From: a virus | Lineage: Duplodnaviria > Caudoviricetes | Strand: one strand, 5' to 3' | Length of the DNA stretch: 64,000 bases | Virus record (IMG/VR): IMGVR_UViG_3300025012_000029 | Span: 128,001 to 192,000 of that record | In this document: positions 62,635 to 64,000 of the stretch, in pieces | How positions within the stretch are numbered: position 1 is the first letter of the stretch | Layout of the letters: the number at the start of each line of letters is the position of its first letter | Translations under genes and position numbers: made by a program | The notes under the pieces: generated by a model | What the model was told of the DNA's origin: nothing | The model's database searches: none | What the model saw: only the letters and a program-made list of their open reading frames with translations

Positions 62635-62706
62635 CGCCTCATAGGAGTTTCGATCTCCTTATTTTATCGTGACAGGATAATGTGATAGCCAGTTCACCAA
62701 TGAGGC
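62635..62706 (-). tRNA. tRNA-Asp(GTC)
   Basis: TTATC-CTGTCAC-GATAA; G73. Confidence 0.88.
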
Positions 62707-62948
62707 AAAAGACACGACAAACAGTTAAATCTTTACTTTAACCACGCTAGGATAATTTCGTATTGTCAATACAGCCGTTTCCTTCATATACCCATCAGAA
62801 GGTTTACAATAATATTATTGATTTGCTCTCGTGTCGTAACAACAAATTAAGTATAAATATAAAATACTATCATAGTCACCTTTATGTCAATCCATTTTTC
62901 GAATTCCTTTTCAAGTTTTGAATACTTTGTCCTTTTACATTTATAAAA

Positions 62949-63022
62949 TCTAGGTAGCAAGATTCGAACTTGCGGTCTTTTGTTCCCAAAACAAACGTGA
63001 TACCAAGCTTCACCATACCTAG
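62949..63022 (-). tRNA. tRNA-Pro(TGG)
   Basis: TTTGT-TTTGGGA-ACAAA. Confidence 0.9.
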
Positions 63023-63065
63023 TCAAATAAAATATTCGAATCCGAAATCTAAACACAATTAAAAA

Positions 63066-63140
63066 TGGAACCGGAGAGAATTGAACTCTCGTTTCGACGG
63101 ATTAAAAGTCCGCTGCAATGCCAACGTTTGCTACGATTCC
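63066..63140 (-). tRNA. tRNA-Lys(TTT)
   Basis: GCGGA-CTTTTAA-TCCGT. Confidence 0.9.
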
Positions 63141-63196
63141 GTAATTTGCCAAATGGACAGTTTTGAATGGCAAGCCAATTAGCTATCCATCGGCAA

Positions 63197-63269
63197 TTGC
63201 CCCACAAAGACTCGAACTTTGACCAAAAGCTTCAAAGGCTTTCGTGCTTGCCAATTACACCATAGGGCA
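63197..63269 (-). tRNA. tRNA-Gln(TTG)
   Basis: AAAGC-CTTTGAA-GCTTT; U1-A72. Confidence 0.92.
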
Positions 63270-63322
63270 ATTGAAGCTCTTTAATTTATCATCCGCCAAA
63301 GAGCTTACGACATAAAGCGGGA

Positions 63323-63395
63323 TGCCCTTACTGGGAATCGAACCCGAGATTGAGAGTGTGAAAGACTCTTAGCCTAGCCATTAGCTGATAAGGGC
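63323..63395 (-). tRNA. tRNA-Glu(TTC)
   Basis: AGAGT-CTTTCAC-ACTCT. Confidence 0.9.
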
Positions 63396-63420
63396 ATAAT
63401 TTTTGAACGCGTCAAAACAT

Positions 63421-63493
63421 AGCAATGCAAGAGACTCGAACTCTTACCTTTAGGTTGGAAGCCTAAAATGCTACCATTAAACACTAGCATTGC
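63421..63493 (-). tRNA. tRNA-Gly(TCC)
   Basis: TTAGG-CTTCCAA-CCTAA; U73. Confidence 0.92.
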
Positions 63494-63506
63494 ATTTGGC
63501 AATTAT

Positions 63507-63630
63507 TCAATTGTCACAGACACAAACCCGCTGTTTTACCAAGGCCATTTTCCAAGCCTCAACCCTTTCGGCACAAGACGATAAACCGTCTCCGTGTCAG
63601 CTAAGTTGTCATTCCCCTAATCACAATTGA
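63507..63630 (-). ncRNA. Unassigned structured RNA (124 nt)
   Basis: Closing stem TCAATTGT/ACAATTGA, GACAC/GTGTC and two internal hairpins. Confidence 0.45.
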
Positions 63631-63636
63631 TTAAGG

Positions 63637-63660
63637 TTGAAAAGGCTTGAGCCTTTTCAA
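63637..63660. terminator. Perfect 10-bp hairpin (terminator or processing site)
   Basis: TTGAAAAGGC-TTGA-GCCTTTTCAA. Confidence 0.5.
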
Positions 63661-63731
63661 TCCGCCTGCATGGAATCGCACCATGCCGGGAGCTTTATAA
63701 GAACTCCTGAACCAACTAGGCCCACAGGCGG
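63661..63731 (-). tRNA. tRNA-Ile(TAT), compact D arm
   Basis: Acceptor CCGCCTG/CAGGCGG, GAGTT-CTTATAA-AGCTC, T arm CATGG-TGCGATT-CCATG. Confidence 0.7.
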
Positions 63732-63823
63732 TTATTTTCATCGTCCATTCACTTTACGCTTATTCTTTGTCTTTGTCAACTCCGGTAGAGCGTTTTTGAT
63801 CTCTTTTCTCATTTTCTAAAAAC

Positions 63824-63852
63824 ATAATAACTCATCATCAAGAGTTTGTCAA
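63824..63852 (-). promoter_or_regulatory. Sigma70-type promoter heading the tRNA cluster
   Basis: TTGACA-17 nt-TATTAT. Confidence 0.8.
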
Positions 63853-64000
63853 CACCCCCCGATCAACTTTTTTCACTTTTTTGATCGAGGGTTTACCCTA
63901 ATGTGGTGGGTTGGTATCTGTCTTCAAGACCAGTATTCAATGGGCTATCGCTAATGCGTTTAAAGGGCTCATGGGTTCGTTGCAATTGCCATAGTGTGGA

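Noticed and set aside
53686-63056. ORFs or ORF extensions overlapping tRNAs (53686-53883, 60164-60385, 61433-61639, 61968-62195, 62847-63056; 5' extensions of 55156, 56274, 57949, 58393, 60758)
   Set aside because: Overlap well-formed RNA genes; downstream starts, some with SD motifs, explain the real CDSs
495-63819. Numerous plus-strand ORFs of 60-176 aa
   Set aside because: Antisense shadows of motif-bearing minus-strand genes or tRNAs; only 38798-39685 has recognisable motifs
1-64000. Alternative genetic code or stop-codon suppressor tRNA
   Set aside because: Long genes are intact in code 11; no CTA/TTA/TCA anticodon found; internal stops are explained by an intron and a frameshift
1-64000. 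Eukaryotic giant virus or cellular O-antigen locus
   Set aside because: Sigma70 promoters, SD motifs, gp55-like sigma, PhoH, bacterial-type tRNAs and phage-like structural genes fit a bacteriophage; host cannot be determined from this window
63893-64000. Open minus-strand frame entering from the window edge
   Set aside because: Only 35 codons visible; cannot be supported

Overview
AT-rich, gene-dense window read almost entirely on the minus strand. It is best interpreted as part of a large (jumbo-type) tailed bacteriophage genome: gp55-like late sigma factor, baseplate-like genes with an M15B peptidase, PhoH, Cas4-like nuclease, tail-fibre-like paralogs and homing endonucleases. Layout: (1) 1-5.4 kb structural/late-transcription genes. 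(2) About 5.4-33.3 kb glycan island: HldA/HldC-like enzymes, Gmd + His-type ColD/RfbH-like dehydratase + Fcl/ColC-like reductase, several epimerases, UDP-glucose dehydrogenase, ThDP E1 alpha/beta pair, B12 radical SAM, IscA and seven glycosyltransferase genes. One GT carries a 404-aa LAGLIDADG intein. Its neighbour is split by a 259-nt ORF-less group I intron that the ORF track misses (P1, P10, P3, P4, P7 all pair; P9 apparently absent), next to a free-standing endonuclease gene. (3) 34-53 kb: PhoH with a Pro1 class-3 intein, ligase-like/HIGH fusion protein, several peptidases, two tail-fibre-like paralogs and a TnpA-less IS200/IS605 tnpB element, with a solo end copy at 22.4 kb. (4) 53.2-63.8 kb: about 29 recognisable tRNA genes plus aberrant RNAs, namely a 78-nt tmRNA tRNA-like domain with no tag ORF, a 163-nt expanded tRNA-Tyr-like RNA, short-variable-arm Leu/Ser tRNAs and two unassigned structured RNAs. 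All calls come from manual motif reading and hand folding; no database search was run.
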